64,000 bases of DNA from Octopus vulgaris (Eukaryota), in contig OX597841.1 in assembly GCA_951406725.2 (NCBI GenBank), positions 10,726,001 through 10,790,000 on the forward strand, in the 5' to 3' direction. The first letter of the stretch is position 1. Each line of letters starts with the position of its first letter. The notes beneath the pieces were generated by a model. It saw nothing but the letters and a program-made list of their open reading frames with translations. It was not told the origin of the DNA and made no database searches. Below are positions 40,922 through 53,859 of this stretch, piece by piece. Made by a program: the position numbers and the translations under genes.

Positions 40922-43223
40922 CTGAAATAAATATTTCCAAGATTATACTTTATAGTAAAATTTCTTTAATGAACATCGATATTTTATAATTGTGAAATAT
41001 TCCTATAACCAATATTCAAGATTAACCGTCCCAAATGCCCCCACTCTGTAGGTAACGAAGGGCTTCTCCCTAAGAGTGGAAAGCAGATTGTATGAGACTT
41101 GTGTACGGACAGATGTACAACACAATAATGAAAGATAGGCTGTGAAGATAGAAGACATGCAAAGGGTTGGAGACAAATGAAGCCAGCATGCTCCACTGGA
41201 TGTACAACATCAGTGTTCAGGTAAGTCGCAGTGGAAATGTCTTCAGAGAAAATCTGGGTATAAGAGTCATCCGATGTAGAGTTCAAAAGAGAGATCTTTC
41301 ATAGTATGGTTATGTGATGCATATGGATGAGGTGATCAGCATAAAGAGATGCGGATCTCTAAATGTGGAGAGAAGCTGAGGAAGAGGAAGACTGAGAAAG
41401 ACATGGGACAAAGTGGTGAGAAATGATGTTCAGATGCTGAGCTTCACACGGGAAGATAACTAAAACAACTGAGACAATCAGCAATTTTCTGTGCTTGAAA
41501 AGACCCAACTGGCTAAGTAACATCGAGGCCATCAAGGCATGTCCTTTATGTGCATACCCCCACCCCGCACACAATCTGTCCCCTAAAAATCATCTCCACG
41601 AGCCAAATTCCATACACCCTTCCCCAACATGATCCCTAACAAGATATAAAATGTAAGGTGAGGGTACACGATGTTCCTATGACAAAATATGTTTACATTT
41701 CAGACATACAAATGTAAGAGAGTTAATGAATTATAGCTTATTAATTATCATGATAATTGGGTATATATGTGATACAATGGCACTGTGCTTGACGGTGCAA
41801 TACTAGATATCAATATAGATTGTATATAATCTGAGTAAAGAACATATAACCTTCATTACTATGAATATGATTGTGTCTCAGCACAGCTAATATTATGGTA
41901 GTTCCATGAGCAAACGAAGAAAGATATAACCAAGTCCACTGCCAAATACTAATGACTAATTCATTTCCTGGTCAAATAACAATGACTAACTTCCATTAAA
42001 TAATTTGAACGCAAGAATCAAGACCAAAGGGTGAAACACTCAGAAAACTGTGCCTCTTTTAGCATTAATATCATCTAAAATCTAACAAGAGTGAGAAAAA
42101 GAATGACTATATGGATGGTAAATGTTGTTCAAACAATGTAATAAGTGTATATTATATATAGTTACAAACAAGGATTTGTGAGATCAAGTCACACAGGGAA
42201 CTCATATTTAATTCCTATCTTTATAATTTATGTCAACACCAATATTTTGTTTAAATGCAAACAGATGTTCACCGTTCAATACTAAATTTGATATTTAATC
42301 AACGTTAATGATCATTATACTTATAATCTTAGAGATTTGATTTTTAATGTCTTTAATTTATAACAAAGTTATTCTGACCTGAGACATTCAGGGTACGTAC
42401 CTAAACAACATATCATGACAGACATCTGGCTACATAACAACAACAACAATAACCTATGAGAAAACTTAGGAAAGACCTTAGTAGTAAAAGAAACAAAATC
42501 TTTCTCGTTAACTCACCTGTTTACAAATAAACAACAAAATGTTTTAGTTCTCTGTCCTAAAAGACATCATTAACTCTATTATGTCTTCTTATTTAACCAT
42601 TTTACCAACCACGTTAACCTTGATTTTATGAAATTTCAGTGGAATATTTAATAGAATCCTTTTTACAGCTAATGCGGAAACTAGGGATTGACGAGCGATT
42701 ATAAGAGTTGAAGAGGCCCTGTAGTAAGGTGAGGATCGGCAATGAGTATAGTGAAGAATTCCGGATAGAAGTAGGAGTTCACTAGGGATCATTCCTAAAC
42801 ACCTCGTTTTCATCATAGTCCACCAGGCAATAACAGAAATGACAAATCAAAAGCAATTCAAGATCGAAATCAAAATGGAAATTGTAGTTGTGACCGATGC
42901 CAGTGCCGCCTGACTGGCACCTGTTCCTGTGTCACGTTATAAGTACCATAGAAGCATAGGTCCTTGTCACTGCCGCCTGACTAGTTCCCTGTGCCGGTGG
43001 CACGTAAAAAGCACCATCCGAACGTGGTCGATGCCAGCCCCCACCCCGACTGGCTCCTGTGTCGGTGGCACGTAAAAGGCACCCACCACACTCTCGGAGT
43101 GGTTGGCGTTAGGAATGGCATACATATGTGGAAACCTTGCCAGATCACATTGGAGCCTGGCGCAGTCTACTGCCTTGCCAGTGAAATCGTCCGACCCATG
43201 CCACCATAAGAAACGGATGTTAA

Positions 43224-43254
<31 letters not shown>

Positions 43255-43504
43255 GTTCTGTGACCAAATGACAAAATTAACTCTATTGTGTCTTCTAATT
43301 TGAACATTATTACCAACAGCATTAACCTCAATGGGTATTTCATAAACTCTCAGTAAATCGATATCTTTAATACAATTATTATACAGATAATTGTTCAATT
43401 GGAAAATAGGAATGGAAGCTGTTTTCAGTTATTCTTTCAAGCACAATATACTCGGGGAAGAAAACCTTACAGAAATCAATTGGGAACTATTATTTTATAC
43501 TCAC

Positions 43505-43582
43505 CAATTGCCTGAGATGCAGCCCCTAATTCCTGACATGTAGCCTCTGTTTGTACACACCTGTCCTCACATTTTGTAGCCC
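43505..43582 (-). CDS. ANK-RING-death domain protein, linker exon (duplicate B)
   Basis: tttatttcag / gtgagt boundaries, 78 nt, phase 1-1. Reads GATKCEDRCVQTEATCQELGAASQAI. Confidence 0.7.
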
Positions 43583-43800
43583 CTGAAATAAATATTTCCA
43601 AGTTTTACATTTAATAATAAAATATCTATATCTTTATTTTTAATAAACTCTATCTTGTTATTGTGAGACATTCAATTCCTGTCGTTAATGGTCAAATGTT
43701 GACCATTATGGTTTTGGTCAATATTTCTGTACTTTCTACAGTGGTCCCATGTAATAGCTCAATATGTCCACAATAAAACAGACTAACATTCCTAAATCCA

Positions 43801-43832
<32 letters not shown>

Positions 43833-45596
43833 AAACACATTAAATATTCTAACAATGTTGCAATTATCTCATTTAATTAACACTTGATAACAGTTTTCTC
43901 TTAGCTTTGTCTTTCTTTTCTTATAACTGTGCCAAATCTATGGCATGGCACAGTCCTCTCATCTCTAGAATTCACTAATCAACATTCCTCTCTAATTAAG
44001 TAAAACTGAGCCCATAAAGACATGTCCTTTATGTGCATACCCTCCACCCCGCACACAATCTGTCCCCTAAAAATCATCTCCACAAGCCAAATTCCATACA
44101 CCCTTCCCCAACATGATCCCTAACAAGATATAAAATGTAAGGTGAGGGTACACGATGTTCCTATGACAAAATAAGTTTACATTTCATACATACAAATGTA
44201 AGAGAGTTAATGAATTATAGCTTATTAATTATCATGATAATTGGGTATATATGTGATACAATGGCACTGTGCTTGACGGTGCAATACTAGATATCAATAT
44301 AGATTGTATATAATCTGAGTAAAGAACATATAACCTTCATTACTATGAATATGATTGTGTCTCAGCACAGCTAATATTATGGTAGTTCCATGAGCAAACG
44401 AAGAAAGATATAACCAAGTCCACTGCCAAATACTAATGATTAATTCATTTCCTGGTCAAATAACAATGACTATCTTTCATTAAATAATTTGAACGCAACG
44501 ATGTCAGTGTGCACACAAGGCAGAGTGAAGAGGCCTGAGAGAAGTGTTAGACATAAGAAGCATCAGATGTGGTGTACAAGAGAGACAACTGCACTGGTAT
44601 GGTCATGTGTATGGATGAGGAGAATTGTGGGAAGAAGTGTTACACCCTAACAGTGGAAGGAACCCGTGGAAAGGGGTGACCCAGGAAGACAGGGGATGAC
44701 GTGGTGAAACGACCTTCGAATGTTGGGCCTCACAGAGGTAATGGCAAGAGACAGAGACAGAGACCTCTGTAAATATGATGTGATTAAGAGGACCCGGCAA
44801 GTGAAGTGAGATCACAGCTGTAGCCTATACCAGTGTTGCATAACCAGCCCTTTTTAAAAGTACCCTTGAATCACAGAGTGATAAGTTGCGCTTGAGAAGA
44901 ATTTCTGAGTCAAGTAAAACCAAAAATCAGAAATCACAAATCAAAATCAAATCAAGATCGAAATCAAAATGGAAATTGTAATTATGGCCGATGCCAGTGC
45001 CGCTTGCTGGCACCTGTGCCGGTGGCACCATAATAAGTACCATTCAAACATTGTTTGTTGCCAGTGCCGCCCGACTGGTTCCCTGTGCCGGTGGCACGTA
45101 AAAAGCACCATCCGAACGTGGTCAATGCCAGCCCCCACCCCGACTGGCTCCTGTGTCAGTGGCACGTAAAAGGCACCCACCACACTCTCGGAGTGGTTGG
45201 CGTTAGGAATGGCATACATATGTGGAAACCTTGCCAGATCACATTGCAGCCTGGCGCAGCCTACTGCCTTGCCAGTGAAATCGTCCGACCCATGCCTCCA
45301 TAAGAAACGGATGTTTAATGATGATGATGATGATGATGATGATGAGTTCTGTGACCAAATGACAAAATTAACTCTATTGTGTCTTCTAATTTGAACATTA
45401 TTACCAACAGCATTAACCTCAATGGGTATTTCATAAACTCTCAGTAAATCGATATCTTTAATACAATTATTATACAGATAATCGTTCAATTGGAAAATAG
45501 GAATGGAAGCTGTTTTCAGTTATTCTTTCAAGCACAATATACTCGGGGGAAGAAAACCTTACAGAAATCAATTGGGAACTATTATTTTATACTCAC

Positions 45597-45674
45597 CTAT
45601 TGCCTGAGATGCAGCCCCTAATTCCTGACATGTAGCCTCTGTTTGTACACACCTGTCCTCAAACTTTGGAGCCT
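45597..45674 (-). CDS. ANK-RING-death domain protein, linker exon (duplicate A)
   Basis: tttatttcag / gtgagt boundaries, 78 nt, phase 1-1. Reads KAPKFEDRCVQTEATCQELGAASQAI. Confidence 0.7.
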
Positions 45675-47679
45675 CTGAAATAAATATTTCCAAGTTTTAC
45701 ATTTAATAATAAACTTTCTTTATCTTTATTTTTATTAAACTCTATCTTTTTATTGTGAGACATTCAATTCCTGTCGTTAATGGTCAAATGTTGACCACTA
45801 TGGTTTTGGTCAATATTTCTGTACTTTCTACAGTGGTCCCATGTAATAGCCCAATATGAAACAATAAAACAGACTAACATTTCTATATCCACCCCTTTCT
45901 CTCTCTCTCTCTCTCTCTAAAAACACATTAAATATTCTAACAATGTTGCAATTATCTCATTTAATTAACACTTGATAACAGTTTTCTCTTAGCTTTGTCT
46001 TTCTTTTCTTATAACTGTGCCAAATCTATGGCATGGCACAGTCCTCTCATCTCTAGAATTCACTAATCAACATTCCTCTCTAATTAAGTAAAACTGAGGT
46101 CATAAAGATGTCCTTTATGTGTATCCCCTCCACCCCGCACACAATCTGTCCCCTAAAAAACATCTGCACAAGCCAAATTCCATACACCCTTCCCCAACAT
46201 GATCCCTAACAAGATATAAAATGTAATGTGAGGGTACACGATGTTCCTATGACAAAATAAGTTTACATTTCAGACATACAAATGTAAGAGAGTTAATGAA
46301 TTATAGCTTATTAATTATCATGATAATTGGGTATATATGTGATACAATGGCACTGTGCTTGACGGTGCAATACTAGATATCAATATAGATTGTATATAAT
46401 CTGAGTAAAGAACATATAACCTTCATTACAATGAATATGATTGTGTCTCAGCACAGCTAATATTATGGTAGTTCCATGAGCAAACGAAGAAAGATATAAC
46501 CAAGTCCACTGCCAAATACTAATGATTAATTCATTTCCTGGTCAAATAACAATGACTATCTTTCATTAAATAATTTGAACGCAACAATCAAGACCAAAGG
46601 GTGAAACACTCAGAAAACTGTGCCTCTTTTAGCATTAATATCATCTAAAATCTAACAAGAGTGAGAAAAAGAATGACTATATGGATGGTAAATGTTGTTC
46701 AAACAATGTAATAAGTGTATATTATATATAGTTACGAACAAGGATTTGTGAGATCAAGTCACACAGGGAACTCATATTTTATTCCTATCTTTATAATTTA
46801 TGTCAACACCAATGTTTTGTTTAAATGCAAACAGATGTTCACCGTTCAATACTAAATTTAATATTTAATCAACGTTAATGATCATTATACTTACAATCTT
46901 AGAGATTTGATTTTTAATTTCTTTAATTTATAACAAAGTTATTCTGACCTGAGATATTCAGGGTAGGTACCTAAACAACATATCCTGACAGACATCTGGC
47001 TACATAACAACAACAACAACAATAAACTATCAGAAAACTTAGGAAAGACCTTAGTAGCAAAAGAAACAAAAATTTTCTCGTTAACTCACCTGTTTACAAA
47101 TAAACAACAAAATGTTTTAGTTCTCTGTCCTAAAAGACATCATTAACTCTATTATGTCTTCTTATTTAACCATTTTACCAACCACGTTAACCTTGATTTT
47201 ATGAAATTTCAGTGGAATATTTAATAGAATCCTTTTACACCTAATCTTACAAATAGAAATTAAGAACGGAACTTGTTCTCGATCAGCCTGACAAGCAAAA
47301 TCACTCAGGCGAAGATAAATGCTATAGAAATCTATAAAGTACTGTTGTGGAGGCGCAACGGCCCACGGTTGTAGGATCGCGGTTTCGATTCCCAGACCGG
47401 ACTTTGTGAGTGTTTATTGAGTGAAAACTCCTAAAGTTCCACAAGTCTCTGGCCGGGGGTTGTAGCGATCCCTACTGTTCACTTTCTCCACAACATTATC
47501 TCACTCTTTCTTCTGTTGGCCTGCTCGCTTAGCCAGCGGGGTGGCACCACTTGAAGGCGAAGCGCATTGTAACCAGCGATGTGTAGCAACATCTGATAGC
47601 CTGGTCGGTCACAGTGATAACGGTGATAAGGTACTGTTAATTTATAGAAATCTATAAGGTACTTTTAATTTATACTCAC

Positions 47680-47730
47680 TAACTGCCCCTGCCATCATCT
47701 TGGCTTCCTTCTCTTTAAAATTTGGACTCC
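47680..47730 (-). CDS. ANK-RING-death domain protein, linker exon
   Basis: atatctcag / gtgagt boundaries, 51 nt, phase 1-1. Reads GSPNFKEKEAKMMAGAV. Confidence 0.6.
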
Positions 47731-49065
47731 CTGAGATATGTGTTTTCAAGTTTTATACTTTATAGAAAAATCTTTGTTTATTAATAATCTATATTATTGT
47801 GAGCCATTCCTATCATAAATGAACAACTGGTGACCATTGTGGCTTTGGACATTCTGACAGATTCAACAGTGTTACCATTTAATAGGTCAATATTTAGGTG
47901 CACAACAAAATAACCTTCAAACCTTCTTAACTCTTAAATCTCTAATCTTCTTAAATCTCCGCTGCCTATTAAGACATCCTACATAATCTAACCATGACCA
48001 ACTTCGATGACCAACTTGGTTGACATTAGAATCCAGAAGATAGGAAAATGTTGGTTTAGGAAGTCTAGAGGTGAGAGAACGACGCCATGTCATAGATCTG
48101 GCACAGATATAAGAAACGAAAGAGAAAACGGAGAGATTAACAGTGATATCAATGGAAAATTAAATGAGTAGTTGTGTGTTCGAATCTGATATTTCAAAAG
48201 CTGAATCGAAGTCCCAGCAGCAGAATTGGGTATTATCACCCTTACAAGACAGAACAAAATAGCCATTCGATAAAAGTAATTTAATGATCAATATTCTAAT
48301 ACAGAGTGAATATTTAATTTTGTTTTATTTACTTTCTAGAGTATATATTCGAAGTTGAGACCTTCTGTGTATATACCGCAAGAGATGATATCTCATATCA
48401 AGCAATTATTTGAGATCTTTTATAAGATGATAAACCATTATGTATTTCCGGAGGACAACTTTATAAAATATCCAAGTCGTTTTTTACAAGTTGCCAGTAT
48501 TTACACTTACACAGAACAACCGATTTAACAGACAGACTTTCTAATGTTGGTTCTCAAACTCTCAGCTGAGATTTTATGATCAAATATCTTACTTCAGCAA
48601 AGCTCAAAATGATGGTCTTGTGAATATCTTTGACTATAATCATCACCTTCCCTAGATACTGATAAATCATTAATCAACTTTGATGACTCACAATCAATTG
48701 TTAGAAATTGGTGTTTACTGATATAAAAACGAATGTACTGATATTTCAGTTAGTTGCAAATTATCTTGCTGTATCATTCATTAGTCTTGTGCTGCAGCAT
48801 GATTCATTAGTCTTGTGCTGCAGACAGGACCCTCTTGAAATGTGACAAGTCTTCTATTTGGATAAAGACAATGTTTAGTGGATGTAGTGAGATATACACT
48901 ATCACAGAGAAATGACACCTGGAACATCTTTCAACATTAATCTGTCAGATTATGGCAGATCTGGGTCTACACGACAATTCTGAAGCACATTAAATACTAT
49001 ATATACCTATTATATATCATAAAGTCAATGAGACGAACAGACAGATTATCAAATAGTTTTCTTAC

Positions 49066-49208
49066 CAAATTCTCTCACACTACTTATTGGCTGATGACAA
49101 GTGAGGCATGATTCCCCCTTAATTCTGATATAACAATCAGGACATAGGACTATATGTTCACAGGGCTTGAATTCGGAAGAGGCATACATCACTTGACAAT
49201 ATGTACAT
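49066..49208 (-). CDS. ANK-RING-death domain protein, RING-HC exon (MIB/IAP-like)
   Basis: ttttgttctacag / gtaaga boundaries, 143 nt, phase 2-1. Reads CTYC-x11-C-x-H-x3-CPDC-x8-CLTCHQPI, a complete C3HC4 motif. Confidence 0.88.
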
Positions 49209-49728
49209 CTGTAGAACAAAATAATAAAGATTGCATTGTGTACCTGTTCAGAGTAGAGAATATTACGAGACATTACAATGAAGAGTAAGACTACATTAGA
49301 AAGAGATTTCTTTTAACAATTACATTCAAACAGATTTGTGTGTGTATGAACAGAGCACACATGCAAATGCATATATATATTTAATTATACACATATTGAT
49401 AAATATATAATTGACTGTGACACATGTCTAAAATCGCAAAAACACAATGGGATACATATATTGAAGAAATATACTTCAATTCTAGCATAGACTCCATTTA
49501 TTCTGAATAAACACATGTATGAACACCAGTTCATTTGTGTAATTACAAATACTTTAATTGCATCTAATCTATTTAACAAGCGTTCTGTACTTTGATATTT
49601 GATTTCAAATTTTATAGATAGGCAGAGAGAACACAATTGCCATGGCTTCCTTTATAGATACACTATGTAACAAAACAAGTCATAGTTCTAAAATAGAACA
49701 ATGCCTTGAAAATCATTTTTAATACATA

Positions 49729-49767
<39 letters not shown>

Positions 49768-49779
49768 GTGTGTGTGTGC

Positions 49780-51691
49780 GTGTGTACATAATTTGAGAAC
49801 ACATTTCAAATAGATGGGTTGAATACAGTAACCGTTATATTTCTATCTGGCATTAATGTAGCAATAACCCCAAGATGGTCCCAGACCAATAGAAGGTACA
49901 TAATGGTCCTATGATTGAAGGACTGGGGGAAATGGTCCAACTACCGTATTGGTCATTTCAGTGCCTGATTCACGTATCTTCTACAAGTTTTGCCAACTAA
50001 AATCTGACCATGCACGGGGAAATTTCGGAAATTTGTTCTAAAGGATATTAATCTCAAAAATCCTTACAGAACTGCAAAATGAAGGATCATAACAGAATGC
50101 CCAGCATACAAACTTGCCCCTAGTGAGAGCTGAATCCAGGCCCATTGAGAAAATCACTGAAGCTGACAGACATGATGCAATCTTCATTCGTATGGCTGAA
50201 GCTTTCATTGATCTACAACTATTTTCTAACAACTTGTTCACTTTAACTGTGTTCCTCCAAAATATGTCCCCTACCTCCGTTGATTGGATCAAAACTCAGA
50301 CTATTTAGATTAAGCCTCCTTCTCAGGTATGTGCATACGGTTTAGCCTCTGATAATGCTAAATGTGAAAATAAAATTGCATATTGGTTTCGCCCTTATAT
50401 GAACTCTGAGGATATGTATTGTAGCTCCTTTGTATCAAGACTCTACACCAGGTGGAAAACTGATGCGATTTGGTCTGAGGATATTGAACAACGTGCAACA
50501 CTGTATAAACTTTGATTCAGAATTTAATAATGGCAGACCCTCAGCTTACTCAAGAAATAAAGAGACATGCTGTTATTGTGGTTGTAATGGCCGAGCATAG
50601 CGATTTAGAAATATCTCAATTTTTACAAGTTGCCAGATCTTTCATCTAGAAAGTTTGTAAGGAGTTAGAGACTGCAGATGAAAATGTATCACCAGTATCA
50701 AAGCATCAAATGCATTCTAAACGCTCTGAAATCATCAGAACACCTGAATTTATCCACCAAGTTCAACAGACCATTGATTACAAACCCAGAAATTTCCATG
50801 AGTTCAATTGCAAAAGATCTCCATGTGTCAGAAGGAACAGTTAGAAATGTTGTCCACGAAGACATCAGATATATGTCTTATTTGATTGGTCAGAAAAAGC
50901 AAAAGAAAATCACTACATCAGACTTAAAAGTATCTTGAACAAACTGTAAAATCCAGCTGAAGAAGATTTGATTTGGTATTTCTTAAACGTGAAAAACTTC
51001 GACCAAGATCAAAGAAGAAATAACAGATGGTTATGTGCAGACCCTTCTGAAGTTCCAAATGTTATGCATGCAAAGTTTTCTGAAACTGTCATGGTTTTAG
51101 GGGTTGTCAGCTATGAAGGACAAGTTATGCCGCCTTACTTCTTTCCATAAGGCCTTAGAGCTAACTCTACCACATACCGTCAGGTCCTGAAAACTATTGT
51201 TAAACCCTGAATAGACAGTGTCTGCAATGGAAGGCCTTATGTGTTTCAGTAAGACTCTGCACTATCATACATAGCTCTAGTAACTAAAGAATAGATGGTC
51301 GAAAATTTTCATGATCATATAACCCCTAACATTTGGCCTCCTAATTCATCAGATCTCAATCATTGGACTGTTACACATGGAGAGTTGTTGAGAGAAAAGA
51401 GACAGAGAGAGAGAGAGAGATCAATGAACACGAACATAACTTAAAATGCTTTGCAAGCTGGCATATTCAGAGTAATGTTCAAAATGAAACCAGGACCACT
51501 TGATTCGAGTATGTAGATAATTTAGATCTCATATAGAAGCAGTTGTTAAAGCTGAAGATGGCGTTATTGAATAACATTATAGAAAAGAAGGTTTATTTTT
51601 ATCGTGAAAGCATTTTTGATAAAGTTATTATCTTTTATTATATATCTGCTTTTTTATAAACATAAATCTGTCCTCAAATATCTTACACACC

Positions 51692-51695
<4 letters not shown>
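49780..51695 (+). mobile_element. Tc1/mariner-superfamily (maT-like) transposon, decayed, intronic
   Basis: Fragments SMSSIAKDLHVSEGTVRNVVHEDI, KNFDQDQ.RNNRWL...VMVLGVVS.EG.VMPPYFF and WPPNSSDLN. Weak TIR match between ~49780-49800 and ~51670-51695. Confidence 0.75.
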
Positions 51696-51746
<51 letters not shown>

Positions 51747-51869
51747 TAAATAAATGGAGTTTAACGCAGGTGTAATCAAATATTTTTACTTTCGACACAT
51801 GTTTCGAAAATTCCTGGTAACTATTTATTTTTTTTTCCATGTTAATTGTTAACAAGGTAAAAATACACT

Positions 51870-51949
<80 letters not shown>

Positions 51950-52290
51950 AGGGGTAAAGACCCCCTTCGGTCATGAATGACCATGGGATTGCACCTAGAA
52001 AGTTACCCTCCTAGACACAAGTCCGGGCAAGGTTGTTTATGGAAGCCAGCAGTCGCCCATGCATACCAGCCTCCCCTCTCCATGCCACCAGTGTTATCCA
52101 AGGGAAAGACAAAGGTCGATACAGCTTGGCACCAGTGACGTCGCAACTCATTTCTACAGCTGAGTGAACTGGAGCAACGTGAAATAAAGTGCCTTGCTCG
52201 AGAACACAACACGCAGCCCGGTCCGGGATTCGAGCTCACAACCTCACGATCGTAAGCTCGACGCTCTAACCACTGAGCCATGCGCCTTCA
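51950..52290 (-). mobile_element. tRNA-derived SINE (second family)
   Basis: Matches 19180-19530. Head ggcgcatggctcagtggttagagcg...gctcgaatccc. Confidence 0.75.
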
Positions 52291-52292
52291 CA

Positions 52293-52337
<45 letters not shown>

Positions 52338-52341
<4 letters not shown>

Positions 52342-53445
52342 TACATGGCAGTGAAACATGGGCCGTGACTGCTGAGGATATGCGTAAGCTCGCTAGAAAT
52401 GAAGCCGGTATGCTCCGATGGATGTGTAATGCCGGTACTCACACTCGGCAGAGTGTAAGTACCTTGAGAGAAAAGCTGGACCTAAGAAGCATCAGTTGTG
52501 GTGTGCAAGAGAGACGTTTGCGCTGGTATGGTCATGTGGCAAGAATGGATGAAGATAGTTGTGTGAAAAAGTGCCACACCCTAGCGGTTGAGGGAACCTG
52601 TGGAAGAGGCAGACCCAGGAAAACCTGGGACGAGGTGGTGAAGCACGACCTTCGAACTTTAGGTCTCACTGAGGAAATGACTAGAGACCGAGACCTCTGG
52701 AAGTGTGCTGTGCGCGAGAAGACCCGGTAGGACAAGTGAGTCCATAACCCGTGGCCTTCTACATGGGATGGAGCCGGCCTACGTATGCATACCTTCCCTT
52801 CTTGGGACACAAAACTCTACTTGTGAAGACGTGTTGAGGCAAGTGAGGATCAGAATCGAAATCGATCAATGGAAATTGCGGATGTGCTACCAGTGCCGGT
52901 GGCATGTCAAAACTCTGCTTGTGAAGACCCGTTGAGGCAAGTGAGGATCAGAATCGAAATCGATCAATGGAAATTGCGGATGTGCTACCAGTGCCGGTGG
53001 CATGTCAAAACTCTGCTTGTGAAGACCCGTTGAGGCAAGTGAGGATCAGAATCGAAATCGATCAATGGAAATCGATCAATGGAAATTGCAGATGTGTTAC
53101 CAGTGCCGGTGGCATGTAAGAGAACTTTCCGTTTCGCGACCGTTGCCAGCACCGCCCCGTTTCGTGTCCGTTGCCAGCCTCGCCTGGCCCTCGTGCCGGT
53201 GGCACATAAAAAGCACCATCCGTTCGTGGCCGTTTGCCAGCTCTGTCTGGCACCAGTGCGGGTGGCACGTAAAAAGCACCCACTACACTCACGGAGTGGT
53301 TGGCGTTAGGAAGGGCATCCAGCCGTAGAAACACTGCCAGATTTGACTGGGCCTGATGAAGCCTTCTGGCTTCACAGACCCCAGTAGAACCGTCCAACCC
53401 ATGCTAGCATGGAAAACGGACGCTAAACGATGATGATGATGATGA
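52338..53445 (+). mobile_element. 5'-truncated RTE-clade LINE with long 3' UTR containing 98-bp tandem repeats
   Basis: Intact ORF end MLHGSETWAV...MLRWMC...RRLRWYGHVARM...GRGRPRKTW...DRDLW. 98-bp units start at 52811, 52909 and 53007. (GAT)n tail. Confidence 0.85.
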
Positions 53446-53683
53446 TATATATTGTACTGCTAGTGCGTGTTTGTAGATTATTTTAGGATGAAAGCTTGCA
53501 TATGATGACTGACCGGGGAACAGAAGAAAGATATTGCGCAGGCAGATATATCCCAATGCATGGCTAATACTAGTGACAATACAATATATTGCTAGAATTA
53601 AAAGTAAACGAATAAATAGACATGATTATATAAAAAAATAGGAAATATACTGGTTTATCTTGTCATTGCCAGGAAATACTTAC

Positions 53684-53859
53684 GCTGGTGGTAAAAAGGT
53701 TTTTAATTTTTCTTTCAAATTTCCATCCTTGATGAGGTCCAGTGGTGACATACCCTCCATATTTTTCTGGTAAAAGGTGGCTCCGGATTCGAATAGGTAA
53801 CTCGCAACAATTATGGAACAGAGCCTATCTTTCTTGTTCAAAGAGAGTTTCCAGGACCA
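53684..53859 (-). CDS. ANK-RING-death domain protein, last ankyrin exon
   Basis: cctatgtag / gtaagt boundaries, 176 nt, phase 0-2. Reads WSWKLSLNKKDRLCSIIVASYLFESGATFYQKNMEGMSPLDLIKDGNLKEKLKTFLPP. Confidence 0.82.

Larger units (their letters stand above)
41530..47240. repeat. Recent ~2.1-2.5-kb tandem segmental duplications inside the gene
   Basis: Blocks starting catgtcctttatgtg..cccgcacacaatctgtccc at ~41538, ~44021 and ~46108 are near-identical. ~42980-44000 matches ~45075-46095. Confidence 0.9.

Noticed and set aside
42967-45489. Duplicated 143-aa and 180-aa ORFs as a gene pair
   Set aside because: They run through intronic SINE-like repeat and (TCA)n sequence inside the segmental duplication. 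The real exons are the adjacent 78-nt ones.
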